A stretch of DNA of 64,000 bases from Yuukianura sp. NJ FZ-2021 (taxonomy: Eukaryota), in the NCBI GenBank assembly GCA_046563655.1, contig CM102286.1, positions 7,998,001 through 8,062,000 of the forward strand, written 5' to 3'. Positions 25,601 to 40,600 of the stretch are shown here, in pieces; position 1 is the first letter of the stretch; each line of letters begins with the position of its first letter. The position numbers were made by a program, and so were the translations under genes. A model generated the notes under the pieces. It was not told the origin of the DNA. It did not search any database and worked only from the letters and a program-made list of their open reading frames with translations.

Positions 25601-28600
25601 AAAAATTTGAATTTAGTCCAGTAAGTTGAAAATTTTAAAGTCTAACGACGAGCGAGAGTTATTACCATTTTAGATAATGAATCAAAAATGTTGCTAAATA
25701 ACATCATGGTTAAGCGCTTCTCTTCTTCGCTGGCAATTCCATAAACACCTTGTCCGCTCGTTGAGCCGTAGTATTTTCCGCAGCGCTCATAGTGAAGTGT
25801 CAACAGCTATTTCAAAACATTCAAATAGTTTCAATCCAAACGCACAAAGTTTGACAAGATTGTGAGCAATCCTTCCCTTACCCGGAGAGCAACAGTGGTA
25901 TACTCGGAAAGCTTTGACACATCGACAGTAAGCTTCCGCAACAATTTCAACAGCATGCTTGGTTGCATTTCCCTAAGCAGTTTTAAATGATTAGTAAAAA
26001 CCAATTTTTGAAAAACTAAAAACGTCAACTTTAGCAAAATTCAGTTCCAAACCTTGTCAATGCCACTAGAAAGTCTGAGACGGCTTCTCGTTGTCCTTTT
26101 GTCAGCATTTTTATTTTGGAGAGTCGGTACACTGTATGAAGCGTTGCATCTAACAGGCTCGAATAATTGTCCGCCTCTGCGTAAAATTTGGATTGAGCTA
26201 TAAGCAACGGCAGAATGGAGTTTCCGATGTATCGATTCAACGCAAGACCCATGTCGGAATCTCCGCCATCGTGCTGTAAAATTCAAAAATTTGTTAATTT
26301 TAATTTCACTTCCTTTTTAAATTATTTTACTGTCTTACGCGATCCAACATTGTCGCGGCACGAAGATCAGGCAGGAAGGCTTCTTCAAGTAACCGGAAAA
26401 ATAGCTCCCTGTCCTCCATTCCATATACACGCTCCAAAAACAAAACGATACTTTGTTTATGGCTCGGTACCAAACCTAAGGAACATAAATCAGAGTTTAT
26501 TTCTATGACTAACTTAACAACAAAAATGGTTGACTTTGTCATGTTGAATTACCCGGTGGCATGTCACTCCTTGGCGCTTCATCGAGACCAACCAAACTTT
26601 GCAAGCTAAATCTCAAACTCAAAGCTCCACGAAGATCTTCCAACGGAACAAGAGACCGAAGAATAGCTCTTGCTCGCAGTGATTCATTCTTGCCCTGAAA
26701 TAAAATAAAATATTAATTGCTCTTATAATAACATTAATAAATATTGATATTAACTTTCACTTTTGTGGTTGTACTAACCTGTGCAATAACTGCCGAGTCC
26801 GGAGCACATCTTCCTAGAAGATCAACCAACGTACAGTAGAAATTCAAAATGGCCGCTCCAGTGTCAACATAGTCTTCGTCATCTTCCCCTTGTGGAAGTG
26901 GATGGTCAAAATTTCCAACCATTCCGCCATCTTCTGTTCTCGAATTCTTCTGAGCAGCAATTCTATCGGACATCTTGTTGGCATCTATGATGGCTCTCAA
27001 CAGACCTTCACCTTCCCCTCGTAAAGCTGGGCCAAGACATTCCGGTCGTCGAATGAGTAGTCGAATCACTAAGTTTGCGTTTTCTTCAACACTTTCACCA
27101 CTGACCCAGACGCAAAATCGCAAAAAGTCCAAGTAGCGCTCGCCCTCTACTGGATCCCAACCCAAATCTGGGTATCCCTTTTCAACAAGTTCTGTGCTGG
27201 ACTGGAGTCCGCAACGCGACAGGTAAATTGCAATCTTTTCAAGGAGATGCTCCCTAGCAGAAAATAAAGAAATATTTATCTATTCAGTTAATTAAAAAAA
27301 AGTAAAGGTTAGCATGAATGTTAGGGTCACCTTAGAGCCAGAGCAAGTTCGGTATTGTCCATCAGCGAAGAGTATGCAACGTCCAACGGCGTACTTCCAC
27401 GGAGAGATGGTCTCGACAGCAAAATGTTACTGTGTTCCAAAAGAAATCCTAAGTGCTCAAACATTGCCTTCTGATTTTGGCGGGAAGTTCGGCAGAAGTA
27501 ACAAAGGAAGCGACAACAAGCTACAACCATTTCGTGTGATGTGTCCTACAAAAAATTAGCAAATATTAACTCAATTAACTTCGTAGTTTTTTCTCAAATT
27601 AGAAAACTTGAAAAAAATATTTCAAAGTGAAAAGAAATTTTACTTTCTCTTTCGGCACAAGGTCCATTTCTTGACCTGGGGAAGAGACTTGCTGACTTTT
27701 CTCTTGAGCTTCCGACGTTGCCTGAGCTCTGCCAAGCGTGTTCATCATCAATGCCATCACGTTTTCATGAACTCTAAGAATTCTTATGAGGTCAGGGTGT
27801 TGGAAGAAAACGTAGTTGTTGACCAGTTCCCTGCAACAGCCAATGAATTTGAGAAATTTAGAAAAAGTGACAATTAGTGCCAAAATAGCAGCATTACCAT
27901 AAAAGCGTTCTCATGAGTCCCTCTTCCTCTTGCGACATTTGCACAGGTTGAAGTGCACGAATTCTGCTCAGCCCCACCCACATTTTGTTGATGTGCGGAG
28001 TTGTATTGCTGTTGAAAACATAGGATTTTTCTAATGCCCGAATCAACTCTCCGACCATGTCATACTGACGCAACAGAAGGCCAAACATTTCCCGTACAAG
28101 AAGCGGCGTTTCAAACTGGCTCTCCTCCGCCCAATGCACGATTGTCGTTGTAAGGACTTTTCGAAATTTTTCTACAAAATATACAAAAGCATTAAAATTT
28201 GAACTTTATTTTTGTATTTATAACCCCAGAACCTTCCGGTAGTAATTCCTTAGGCGGTTCTTCAGGTTTAGGCTCTTCCGGTGGTTCCAATTTCTTGACA
28301 ATGTTGAGCATATTTACTACCCGGGTGGCTAGACCAATTTTATTTTCATCTGCATCTTCCTACAAAACGTAATAAATTGTGTCAGTCAGTAATTTTCCTC
28401 AGTTTTTATACGATCAAGTATGACTGGCTATGATTACCCCAGACGGATCCTGCAACGCTGCCAGAGTCAACTTGGACATCAATTCGTCATGAAAGTCAGT
28501 AAGCAATCCGCGCAATTCATCTCCGCATGGACAATTCTCCTTTTCTTCTTCCTCCAAGTTTTTGAACCCGAGAATTGCATTAACCTAATCAAATTAACGA

Positions 28601-31600
28601 AAGCAAGTTCACAAGTTGCAACTAACCAAATAAGTGTTTGAGGTGAGAAGTTAGATTTGTTTGAAATTCAAATTCGTACCTGCTCCACTGGTGGACAACG
28701 GAACTCCTTCGTTTTCTTAGCCGCAATGGCGGAGGGCAAGTCGGACTGCTTGATTTCAATGTAGCGTCGTAGTTGATCCTAAATTTTTAGTGAAACAGAA
28801 TATCATGAATATCAATCCGGTTATTTTGTTTCAATAACGTAAGAAATACAATAAGTTATTGAAAAGCTTTCTTACAGCCTGAATTTCACCAACGTAGTCA
28901 TGACTGAAAGTGACAATGGCTTCCACACGATGACGGAGTTGGAAGTCGTTCATATGGTGGAGAAGGTAGCACATTTGCAATTTGACGCCTTCCGCCAACT
29001 CCATCTGTAGTAGGCCTTTCCGGTGGTCTTCTCCATCATCCTCGGTTGGAAATCTTTCAAATCGGAAGACTTCGGCTGCTCAAAAAATTAGCATTTAAAA
29101 AAACGTTTAGCATCGCCGGACCAAATCTTGTCGTTTACATTTCAGTTTTTCGGAGTCCCATGTATTGGGATGTATAACGATCAGCAGCCGTTCCACATCT
29201 TCATCTTCGATTACTCCAACTAAAAGTAACTTGTCCAGCAATTTCAGAAGAGGCACAAACAAATTTTCGTTACTTCCACCAACTGGGTCTCGGTTGTGGA
29301 CTTGGTTGATCTTTACAGCCTCTTCCAAAGCTTGTATTGCAAAATCTCGAACAACTTGCAGCGGAAAGTATGGACTGCTCAGGTTTTTAATGTTCTCTAC
29401 CACTTCACTGTAAAAAAAAAAGAATTTCAAACATTTTTCAAGACGCAAAAACATGCTGCTCAAAAAATTTTCAGACAACAATTATTCAGAATTACTCAAT
29501 TTCGGTCATTGTCATCTCTGGTCGGATGCACAAGGTTTTGACTGATCGCAGACTATGACGCATCGCTTCATCCTCGTATAGTTCCTTCAATTCTGGCGTT
29601 AGCGGAATAATGTATTCGTTTTTACAAACCTCCCTGACAGCGTAAATCAATGATTAAAAATAATCTCACTTTTCAAAAGTTAGAGAATTTTTCTTACATT
29701 GTGGTGGCGAACGACTCCAAATGCAGGGCGATCAGCAAGTCGTAGAATCCGCGTCGTAGGGGTCCAGAGAGATACTCAGCTTGAATGGCGTACAACAACT
29801 GCTTTTGGTCAACGTACATGCAGAGAGTATGCGCAGCTCTGTAATTCGACTGGTAGCACAGTGCAGCGTACAGTGTCAGCGTATGGTAGTGGAAGCTGGA
29901 ACAAATTTTTAAAATATCGGACATCAAAATTTTAGAAAATAGTCGCTTCCTCCGTTCAAAATAGTACAAAAGCTTGTACGCGTTAGTAAGTGCTACACTT
30001 GTAGTAAGACAAAAAAATAGCAAAACTATACCTTAGTAATCTGTCCATTTCAATCAGTTCCAAAATGTCAATACAACGATCTTCTTCTGGAATATGCAGT
30101 GCCAACATTGAAACTGGATCTTCACATAGCGTACTCCACCCACGAGTGTCGGACAACTTAAGAGCATGTAGTTTCAGGGAAGTGTTTGGAACCCGTGCCC
30201 ACTGATGTGGTCGAAGAACTTGAACTTTTAATCGTGGTGGGAACTGTGCCAAATCGGATTGTTCAAATGTGCTGAGAATGAAACTTGTGTTTAAAAAACA
30301 GTTAAAATGAAGCGCTTACCTGTGGAGACAAGTGCTTTTCTGAATTTTGTAATACGGCAGCGGAAATGGGAAGCGTGCTTGGCGTCCGCCCAAGTTCAAA
30401 TTGCAGAATGTCTTTACTTGTTGCTTCCACAAAAATGGCTGGAAAAACTTTTGTTCCAGGTTCGAGCTAATATGTAGAATTTAGGCAGTTGAAAGTTAAA
30501 AACATAAGATATTTTTATAAAAAATCCGGTAAAAAAAGTAATACCAACCTTGAATTCTAGTTTTGTAGGCTTCCCTTCACATTCAAAATGGATCATGCCA
30601 GTGGATGTGTCAATGAAACATCCAATGAACATTCCCTGTGTCCCCTTCCCAGTTGCGTCTTGGTTCACTTGTGCGTACAACTCATCTGCAGATACCATGT
30701 AGCAGCTATTACGTTTGACTCTGAAAAGTAGACAAAAAAAAATTAAATTTTTAGAAGATTCTAAACAAACTTTTTCCACCAGGAGAAAATTTTTGAAAGA
30801 TTTACTGCTCAATGTCTGGATCAAATTCTTCTGTTCCTGCAATGGTCACTTGGCGTACTTTCCCTTGGTTGAATACTTTACTATGAAAATGGTACTGTGT
30901 TGTCACATAGCCAACATAAACATGTCCAGGATCTTGACCAGGGAAAATTCGAACACCATAAAAGTACTCGTCCATGAGCTTGAGACATTCAGCATCGAAC
31001 AGTTCTGCGTCATCGTCTTCGTAACCTACCATCATCTGAGCACCAGCAACCGACTTTCGTTGTCCCATTGGAGACACACCTAAGCAGATTTCAATTCAAA
31101 ACGCAGCAGAACATTTTAAAAAAGAAAAAATCGTTTACCTTTTCCCTGTCTCTCTGGAACCGCTGGAGGCACAATTTTCAAATTGCTCTAAAAAAATTAG
31201 TTTTTAACAGATTTCTAAAAATCATGACAATTACTATATGACATAATTATGTTAAATAGTTACCTGTGAAAGCCGAATGTTGTGACTCTTTACATTCAGT
31301 AAGTTTTGCTTTTTATCTCCAGCAGGCTCTGGTTCCGGCGTCCTAGACGATTTAGCGCGTTCCTTGCTTTCCTCTCTTTTTCTTGTGAAGAATCTGTCAA
31401 AAATTGCACATAAAGTTTGTTATTAAATTGTAAATTAAAAAAACACAAGTTGATAATTTTACCAAAAACAATTAACGAAAATATTTTCTAAATGAAATTA
31501 AAACTGTCAGAAAAATATTTGTTTGAGGAAGGTATTGGTTAAATTTGAGTTAGTGGCTCACCGATTCGTAAATATCATTCCGAGTTCTGTTATTTCGTCA

Positions 31601-34600
31601 ACGGAATACATACTGCAGTAGTGCGTGTTAGATGTTAGCATGAAAATCCAATAACCGAATTGAAAGGTGAGAATAACAGGATTAGTTGAAAAGTGAAAGT
31701 TCTTATCACCTGAATGGAGACTTTCCTCGTTTCTTTTTATCCTCCTTTGAGTCCGGGCGGGGCGTTAGCTCTTTGTTACGTCTCGCATTAATTTGGAGCT
31801 CACTGGCAGCTCTCTCCATTTTCCCATGAGCAGAGGCAGTGGATCCATTCAGTTGACTTGTATCGTCGTAATCGAACATTTTAGAAGTGGATCCCGCCCT
31901 TGCCGATCTTGGTGGAAGTTTCACATTTTTTCCTATAGTTCCCGCTCTCTTTCGCCCGCGGTCGTCGTTTCCATTGACCATTCCAGCATCGTCCTCCGCT
32001 GCGTCTTCGGAGTAACCACGCTGCAGTTCTTCAATTATCGTTTCGGAAAATAAAATATCAAATTTCTAACTCAATTCTAATTCAATCTTATGATAATCCG
32101 AGGTTTCAAAAAAATGGAGAAAGTAATGGCCCTCACCCTTAATGTCATTCATGGTAAATCCGGATTTGAGCATGGATTGTTCCAAATTGTTATTACGGGA
32201 TGTGTAGCCAGTTGAGCGGAGACGATGTTGCCTGATTCTAATTTCCTGCCATCGACGTGCCTTCTCCTCTTCGCTGTAAATAAGGCATAAGATGTCAATC
32301 ATCTTAAAATAGATTTAGATTATGCCTTGTTAGTTTGAATTGAGAGAATTTGTCTTTGACATAGTGACATCTACATAATTATTCTTACTCGATGAACTCA
32401 TCATGACAGATTACTGGAAGAGAAAGTCTGAGGAACTCCCAGTTGGCTTTCTCCATGGTTTCAAATGTTTTGTGACTTATGCGAAGACTTGGCGGGGTGT
32501 CCGACCCAGCAGGCAAACGACTCACTTCGATGTTCGCATCCGGAGATTCATCCACGTTTTCGAAAATGGGCTGGTCTTTTGTATACCAAAAGGTCATAGG
32601 TCGGTTCATATTCCTACAGCGTACAAAGTTCACAGAATAAATGCGACAGTTGCTCTCAAGTATGTCGCTTTCTTCAGTCACATGAAGATGGATGAATTTG
32701 GTGTGATGTGAATGAAACATCTTCATTTAACAACTTACACACAGAAGGGCTCGTAGCCTTCTTGGAGACCGCAGAGCGTAAAGAAGCGAAGTGCATTCAC
32801 GTCATGTCCAAAGGACAATTTGGCGCGTTGTCCTACTCCAAGGGTGCATGCTGGAACGAATGCTTGGCCCTGCACATCCGTAAAGGCAGTTTCTCCTCCC
32901 ATGGCGTCCATGAGCAACTCACCGTTAAGGGAAAAGCCTATTAATTTTTATTAGGAAATTAAAGTCGATGTTGTTTAAAGTCGATTAAGTTGAAGTAAAG
33001 TGAAAGCAAAGCACTTGGGCATCAAGCTGACTTCACAACATTAAACAGCATGTGTACTTATTAAACTTTGCTCCTGCATTTTCAAGTTTGTCTGACTTTT
33101 TGGAAATGTTTCTAAAAATTTTTATTTTTTGAGTTGGTTTTCGAAAAGCTTTGCGTTTACATTTGGTTTGTTAGTAAACTAAAACTGATATTTTTGTTTT
33201 TGTTTAAAACTGATAACTATCTAATGAAACTTTTGAAGATGAAAGTATTCGAAAAAAAAATAAACGTTAGGTATAGGAAAGCTATAGGTTTCTGGAAACA
33301 AAATGGCGGGAATGTTAACACCACTTTACGTTTGAACTTACTGATTGTTTTGTCAATTAAGTCAAGGAGAACACCAATGACATCTCCAGCAGCCCATTGT
33401 TTACCATACGACTCCGTTCCGCCCATGAAGCATTTTTCCTCCTTTGAAATCAAAAGTGGAAGGATTGTGCAAGTTGCGGCTAATTAGGTAAACATTTTGA
33501 TTCTCAAAGTGGACATTGTTAAGCAGCGCCACTTTTGCTGAGACGTTAGCAACGTAGCGCAAACATGGAATTTTTGCGTATGAAATTAAAATTGCGCTGG
33601 CAATAACATAAAACAGGCGTTTATAAAATTTGCAATTTTGGACAACATGAAGCAAGTAACGATTCCTCGTCGATGCCGCTTTTGTGAAACGTGTGTCAGA
33701 ATTAGTGAACAATTGACTAAACTAAGGTTAAACTCACGAATTGTTTGATTAGTTAGATCTAACATGCAACCCATTGTATCTCCTACTCTCCAATTCCGCC
33801 CAAAATATTCTCGACAGGTCTGATGGGTCTTGACACACTGTATTCACACGGACGGAAAAGTCATTTTTTTGTTATTAGTAGATATATTTGCTTTTTGCTG
33901 GCTTTTTCGAGGCTTTTTCAAAATTGTCATTGGTCTTTTTCAAAAAAAGTGAAAGCAAAGGAAAATGGCAAGTCACGCGAACGGCTTAATTCGAGGGAGG
34001 GATGAGGAGATTCCACATTCTGGATTGAATTACTCTGCGTGCATCTCTACTACCTCTTCATCAATTTTTAGAAAAATTCTAGAAGTGGCACTTACGTTAA
34101 ATCCATCAAAAGCCCATGAATATTCATCGCTACCAATTTGTTTTCCAGGCTTGCAGTCAACACTCATCCAACCGACACGCATCGGACCGGCCGTCAGGAC
34201 TTCAAACTCGAAATACCTAAAAAGTCAAGGGCAAAGTGGATTTCAGTTTTTTTTTTTTTGGATTTTGACTTTCTCTCTCTTTTTTGATGATTTTTGGTTT
34301 TTATTGATTTGATTTAGTACCATTTGCCGGAAGTGACTTCGTAAGTTTTCTCGGCTCGATAAGTTCTGTAGTCGGCTTGTGATTTGTCCTCAGATTCTGC
34401 TTTCACTGGAACAAGAACAAAAGAGAAAGCGTTAGAAATGATTTGTTTTCTATAGGCTTTTCACATGGGATAATTCTGGAAGATCTTATATAGAAAACCT
34501 TCATGGGTTTCTCCAGCGGGTGGTTCGAGCAGATAACCGTAAACCAGCAAAGTCCTTACGGTCTCACTTGCGGTGTCCCTATAAAACGTAATGGAGGATA

Positions 34601-37600
34601 CACGGAATGTTAGCGGCGAACAAAATTTAATTTTGGTGCAAAAAAAAAAACGTAACAAAGTAGCATTCTTTACCAGTTGGCAATTTTAATGGCCTCATCC
34701 ACTTTACTGTAAGGAACCAAATGTGGACTTCGCTTTGTTTCTGCGTCCTAATTTTTTAGAAAAGCAGTTTTATTTATTTCCCGCTGCGAAGTCTATGGTG
34801 CGTAAAATTGTTCAAAAAGCAAGTTTAAAACAAAACTCTTCCAAAAAATTGTGTCTAAAAAAGAATTCCTCTTTCGTTAAAAAATATCCCCAAGTAACTT
34901 TCTTTTGACTTTTTTTTTCGGAAAATTTGCATTCACTTTTAGCTATGCCTTTCCCCTGTCAAGCGTTTTTCCGCTTTCCTTTGATGATTGATGATAACAT
35001 TAATTCATCATTTGAATTTTAAAATTGAGCGCTGTTGTTTAAATTCAAATTAATATTTTGTTTTTGAAAGAACCTCGTTTAGAGCATAAGTCCATCCTTC
35101 TGCAACGCGTTCTTTGGCCCAAATATTATGCGTATTTTCTGCCAATTGATCCACAAGTTCCTCCAGCTTCTGGTTTAGGTTAATGGCGCTCAAGTCCAAC
35201 GGTGCAGGTTTGTATCCATTGGGTTGCATAAATGGATCATTGGGTAAGCGGATGCTGCGGATGCGTGAAGGCGGTTTATCCAGTGATATATGATAGCCTA
35301 GTGCAATGATCGTCCTAATATGGAAAAACATCTCGTTGGAACTGGGCCAAGAAACTCTGAGAGGCAAAGATTTCGCATAAAGATCAACAGTGTAAAAAGT
35401 ACTTGAGTGTTTGCTGGGCCAACTGGATATCAAATCTCTTCTCTGCTGGCGGAAGCCGGTCGAATGGAGTCAAGCACGGATGGTAGCGTTCATAGTCGTC
35501 CCGGTACTCTCCATACATCCAACCCGCTTCGATCTTGTTCATTGCCCACATTTCATGAATATTCTCCGCCAGCTTGTCTCGAACAGTTTCAACATAACCG
35601 GGAAGAGTCACCTAAAGTTTTGAAAATTCGAAAAAGTTTTTGAGTCAGAATTGAAGTTGAAACATCTCTTTCCTTTCAAAACCAAATCGAAATTTTGAAC
35701 TTTAGTACATTTGATGTGTCGACGGGTTTTGGGACAAAGGCAACATCGTCTTCGACAAATAGAGGTCCTGACAGAACTCCTTTGGCCAAATCCCCAAAGA
35801 AAAAGCATGGATCGAGGTACAAAGACTGTGTTGGTTGTAGACACTCTACCAAGGGAGAATGATCTTCTGGAGGCGGAAAGCGTAGCTTTCCCTGATCCCC
35901 ACCAAAGAGAAAGCGACAACTGCAAGTCAAATAACAAAACAGGAAATTCAATCTCCTAAACAGACACTTTCAGCTTCAATAAAACCCATTTTGAATTTGG
36001 GTTCCAAATTCCAATTTCTGAGAGCCAACGCAAATGCTCTAAGGTTGATGCATTGACGCTTTCCAGATCAACCGTTCAAGTCTTTTCTGTAAATATTTGC
36101 AAAGCCTCTCCGCAAACAAAAGTCTTAAACCGAAGTACTTCAGAATTTTTACATTTGATCTTTCTGGAATTTGGTGTCACAGCAAATATGAATGACATGA
36201 CTTACCTAACTTTGGCTGAAGCACTCACAACTACAACGTCAAAACAATTTTTAAACAAAGTTTACTGTCTTAAATTTTCTATTTTCTGTATTTATGGTAT
36301 GTACCTGGAAAAAACATTCCATCCAAATTGAAATTTTTAAAAGACCCACGGATTTTGACTCCGTTGAAGTAAAAAGTCATGATGGGAACGGACAAATCCA
36401 GGGCACATCCAATCACATCTCCCTTTCGAATGAATGGTTCCGACGACCCAGGAACCACACATGTACTTCGGCCACCTTATTTTGAAAAAATAATGAAACA
36501 AGATTTTTTTTCTAGAAAGTCAATTCCATAAATTTTTATAAGACATTGGCATTTTGAAAGTCTGAAGGACCATCCTGACCTGACCACAAATAGGCGCCAT
36601 CAAAACTGTAAGAGTAAAGGTCATCCCCAACGCCGTTTCCGCCCCACTTTTCTCCTCCGCCAGGATAAGGAATGTACCTGCCAAAATAAATCTTTTTCAA
36701 AAATAGTCTTTTGAAGCCTTTTGTCATTTCAAGTCATTTTCATCATAGCTGAAAAAAATTTAAGTTGAAGATGCCGAATTTGAAAATTCTCCGACATTTT
36801 TTGAAAACAAATTCATGGATTGTTTTTTGTACAAATATCATAAACTCTTGACTGTACCCTGCCGTATTTGCCCATCCAATTCGTAGGTGTGGTAGCATGT
36901 GAGTTGCCTGTTCGATGTGGTCCAGCGTCACTTCAAAGTACCATTTTTGGTAAACCGCAGACCCGTCCACTTTTCCCACAAAAATATTTGGTCGAACGCT
37001 ATAAAAAGAAAAAACACATAAAACTAAGGAAGGAAATTCTTGGGAAAAGTTATGATTTTCAATCTCATAACCCAAGCAGAGACAAAAGATGCAGTTTCCA
37101 ACCATGGATTTCCCAAATTCCTGACATGAATCTTCCTGAAACAATGCACTAGGATCTTACCTCCCTACATGATCCACAAGTAGGGTATGAAGAAGTAAAT
37201 TTTTGCCTGGTAACAAGGAGTCGCAAATGTTATTCTGAGATGAACGCACAGCAACTCCATTTCCAACACACAGGGAACAAAGGACGTCAAGAACTTTGGG
37301 ATCTCGGCCATGTTTCTCAAGGAGGGAGATGATGACTTTGATGTGTTCTTCCTACAAAACAAAGGAAATAACAAAGGTTTCGTTGTGTTCACCCACTTTT
37401 TGCGACATTATTTGGAATACGTGTTCCACTCTACCCGCATCATATTTAGAGCCTCTGGACTGTCAATTAGAACACAATGGAGCACATCCAGCATTCCCAT
37501 TGTTGAGGAAATCTGTCGGGAAAGAAAATAGTGTAAAACTACAAAGGTATTCAGGAGGTGTATACAAAGCACTTCGAAAACCACCGCGGCAAAACTCTTT

Positions 37601-40600
37601 CAAAAAGTCGATTTCAAAATTCCTTTGTGATGTAAATGTTTGAATTACTTTCTTTTGTTTGCTTTCTCCAGCGGCACTCCCTGATCCACCTTCTCCAGAG
37701 GCCTGTGACCCAAGTCGACCGAATAACCAATTGAGTCGACTCGCATTGGCAAACTGAGCACAATTGGTGTGGTTTCCCTTAATAATGGCGGCTACAAAAA
37801 AAAGTTTGAGCGGGAATTTCAAGTTTCTTCTTGTTATTTGCAGAAGTTCTTCCATTTCATGTTTGAATTTATGGTTTACCGAGAAGTTGATACAGAAATC
37901 CTGAGATGACATCCCAATTTTGTCCTGCTTCTTCTGTAGCAATAGCTGCAATGAATCCTTGGGAAGTGATGACAGTGATGTTGTCAATTGCATCCAGAAT
38001 GAGGTTCAGAATGCCTTCTTCCTGAAACAAGTCTTGTCGATTCCGGAGGGCACGCAGTTTGTTCTGCTTCTCTTCATGCTCTTATAGTGTAAAGAGAAAG
38101 AAAAGATGAAAGAAATTCTTTAGACCCAGACTAAAATTCTAAAAACCCAACTTTCTCTTGCTTGTTTCTCACCCATATCATCTTCAGGCTGAGCAAAGTA
38201 GTTTATTAGATCCTCCAAGCACATCACCATTTCTCCAAGATTCACGGATTTCAAAAATATTTCTGTCTTTCCCGTCATTTGAAGCGACCTGAGTCCCCTG
38301 TTGGAATCGCAAATAAAACAACTTAAGCTCCAAACTAATTTAGGTTTCAAAAGAAAAAAGTTTTCTCTAGAGGAAGTTTCAAAATTTCTCCTTTCTATCT
38401 GCCCTACATTTTCCAAAAGTAATTTTTACACAAATTTTAACCTTAAGCGGAAAGGATGCCTTTGAATAATGAATTAGTTAATGGGTTTCCCATTCTGTGT
38501 AGCTCTAATGCACGGGAGTAGCGAGGCGTCACTCAAGTCAGAAACCAGTACCATTAGGCCACAAACGAAAATTTTCTAAACAAAATTCTGGCGCGGAAAA
38601 AAGTGAAGTCTTACTTGATAAACCGCGTAAAGTGGGAAGAACATTTTCGAATGACGCGGGCGGTTCGGGACTCCTCTTCTTGACTGCGGCTAAACTCAAG
38701 TCCATCGTCCATCTTCCCCTCTTCGTGCAAAATGGCTTGTTTCTCCTCAACTTTTCCCACGCCTTTCTTCTTTGTTTCGTATGTTTTGTAGGAGAGCCAG
38801 AGCCCGGTCTCTGTGTGTTGAACTATCACGGTACTGTCACCATACTTGATCACTGGACTTCCGATGACCTCCAAGTCCTTGTCTTCCAGCACATTTTTCT
38901 GATCGTCTTTCTCCTGACGAAGGCAGAAGGAAGTGGCAGAAAGTGTACCATCATCCCTATAAAAAATTTAAAAAGTAATCCGTCAAAAATTTTGGTTTGT
39001 CAATAAATTATGCATAAATGGAGAACACGACAGCGACTATTCGGACGAAACTTTTTTCTCCAATTCAAAATGGTACAACCATATGTTATAACATTCTAAC
39101 GTATAACATAGCGTATTTTAAGATATGTTAAACTTAATAGTTTTAGGCGAGATAATTTTGGAAAAAAAAAAACAATCTCAAAAGCTAATTCGACAAAAAA
39201 TCAAAAAAGTTTTTGGTTAAATCAGGCAAAAATCGCCAAAATCTTGGAACAATTGAGATAAATTTTCAAAACTGAGCATACCGATGGAGCAGAATCAGTT
39301 CATTGTTTTCGTTGAAACTCAAGTATCTGCCAGTAGTGATGTGCTTGATTCGCATCGGATGGAGCCAGTTGATGAATCCTCCAGCCCATTTTGTTCTGGC
39401 AAGTTCAAGTCTCCAGAGAGACCGTGCTTGACTAACGACATTTCCTCCCTCGTAGATTACCATGCTATACAAAAGAAAATTGGAGAAAGTCATTGAAAAG
39501 AGTAGGCGGTAGTTTTAGGATGAGGTTACTAATGGCAGTAGTTTTGGTGGTTACTTGTGTTCTGGGTCGTCGCTCCAAGTTGCCGGAACAGTAAGACATT
39601 CATCACCGCCATGAAAAAATCGAAGAACTTCACCCCCAAACACATAACCTAAATTTCAAAGAAAGTTACTCAAATCAATATAAGGGATACTGCCTACCAC
39701 TTTTCCCACAGCCACTTCCATTCCCAAATCGATTTTAATCTCTAGAGACCGGAGTAGGTTCTATCAATAAGTCATTGTCCAAAATATTATTTAAATTGCC
39801 TCTAACGACAGCTCTTTCAAGCTTACCCACGTATTTGACCCTGCTCAGTCCAGTTCCATAGGGTTGGACAGACCAGTGAGTGACATGGAAGGAGGCGTTT
39901 ACCACAGACAGTTCGTGTTCCTTGGCCGTGTGCTGAGTTATAAATATCGTTTAAAGCTATAGCATTAGCATTAGAAGTAAGTTTAGGTTAGCAAACTTTT
40001 TTTTTTAAATAGACTAACCAAGTATCGCTCAGTGGCGACTGACACCAAAATGAGGTCATCTCCGACTCGGATCTTCTCTCCCTCTGACCTTTGCTTCGAC
40101 GCCGGATGGACGGTCCACCAACAAGCCTCTCCTGCGAATTTCAATTGAATTTACGCGCCGAAATTAAATGAACCAGCGTTGTTAAGTGGATTGTCGTAAG
40201 TACCTTGTGAGTGGTCTTGAAGACCCACATCAAAGGCCAGTTTGTCATTTGAAGAGCTTGTGGAGAGGCAAGCCAAGTACTGTAAAAGTTAATGAACAAG
40301 TAAAAAAACCGAAATCCGTCTGAAGTTTTGACCTCGACGTAACCCTTACCATTTTACTGTTGTTGTGTCTAAGTAGAATAGCATTTCCGTATAGTAAGGT
40401 ACGATGTCCAGACCCAGTTCCTTTTCCCTAATTTAAAAGGAAGTCATGTTAATGCTCAAACTTGACATGAATAAACGCTTCACCATAAGGTTCAGAATTT
40501 TATTTCTAGTAAAAGTTCAAATTTTTTTTTGATATTTAATTAAATCGAATAATTTTTCCAGTTTTCGTGATTTTGATTCATTTCAAACACATCGGTTTCC

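Noticed and set aside
13640..39496. Many plus-strand ORFs opposite RyR exons
   Set aside because: Antisense shadows of RyR coding exons
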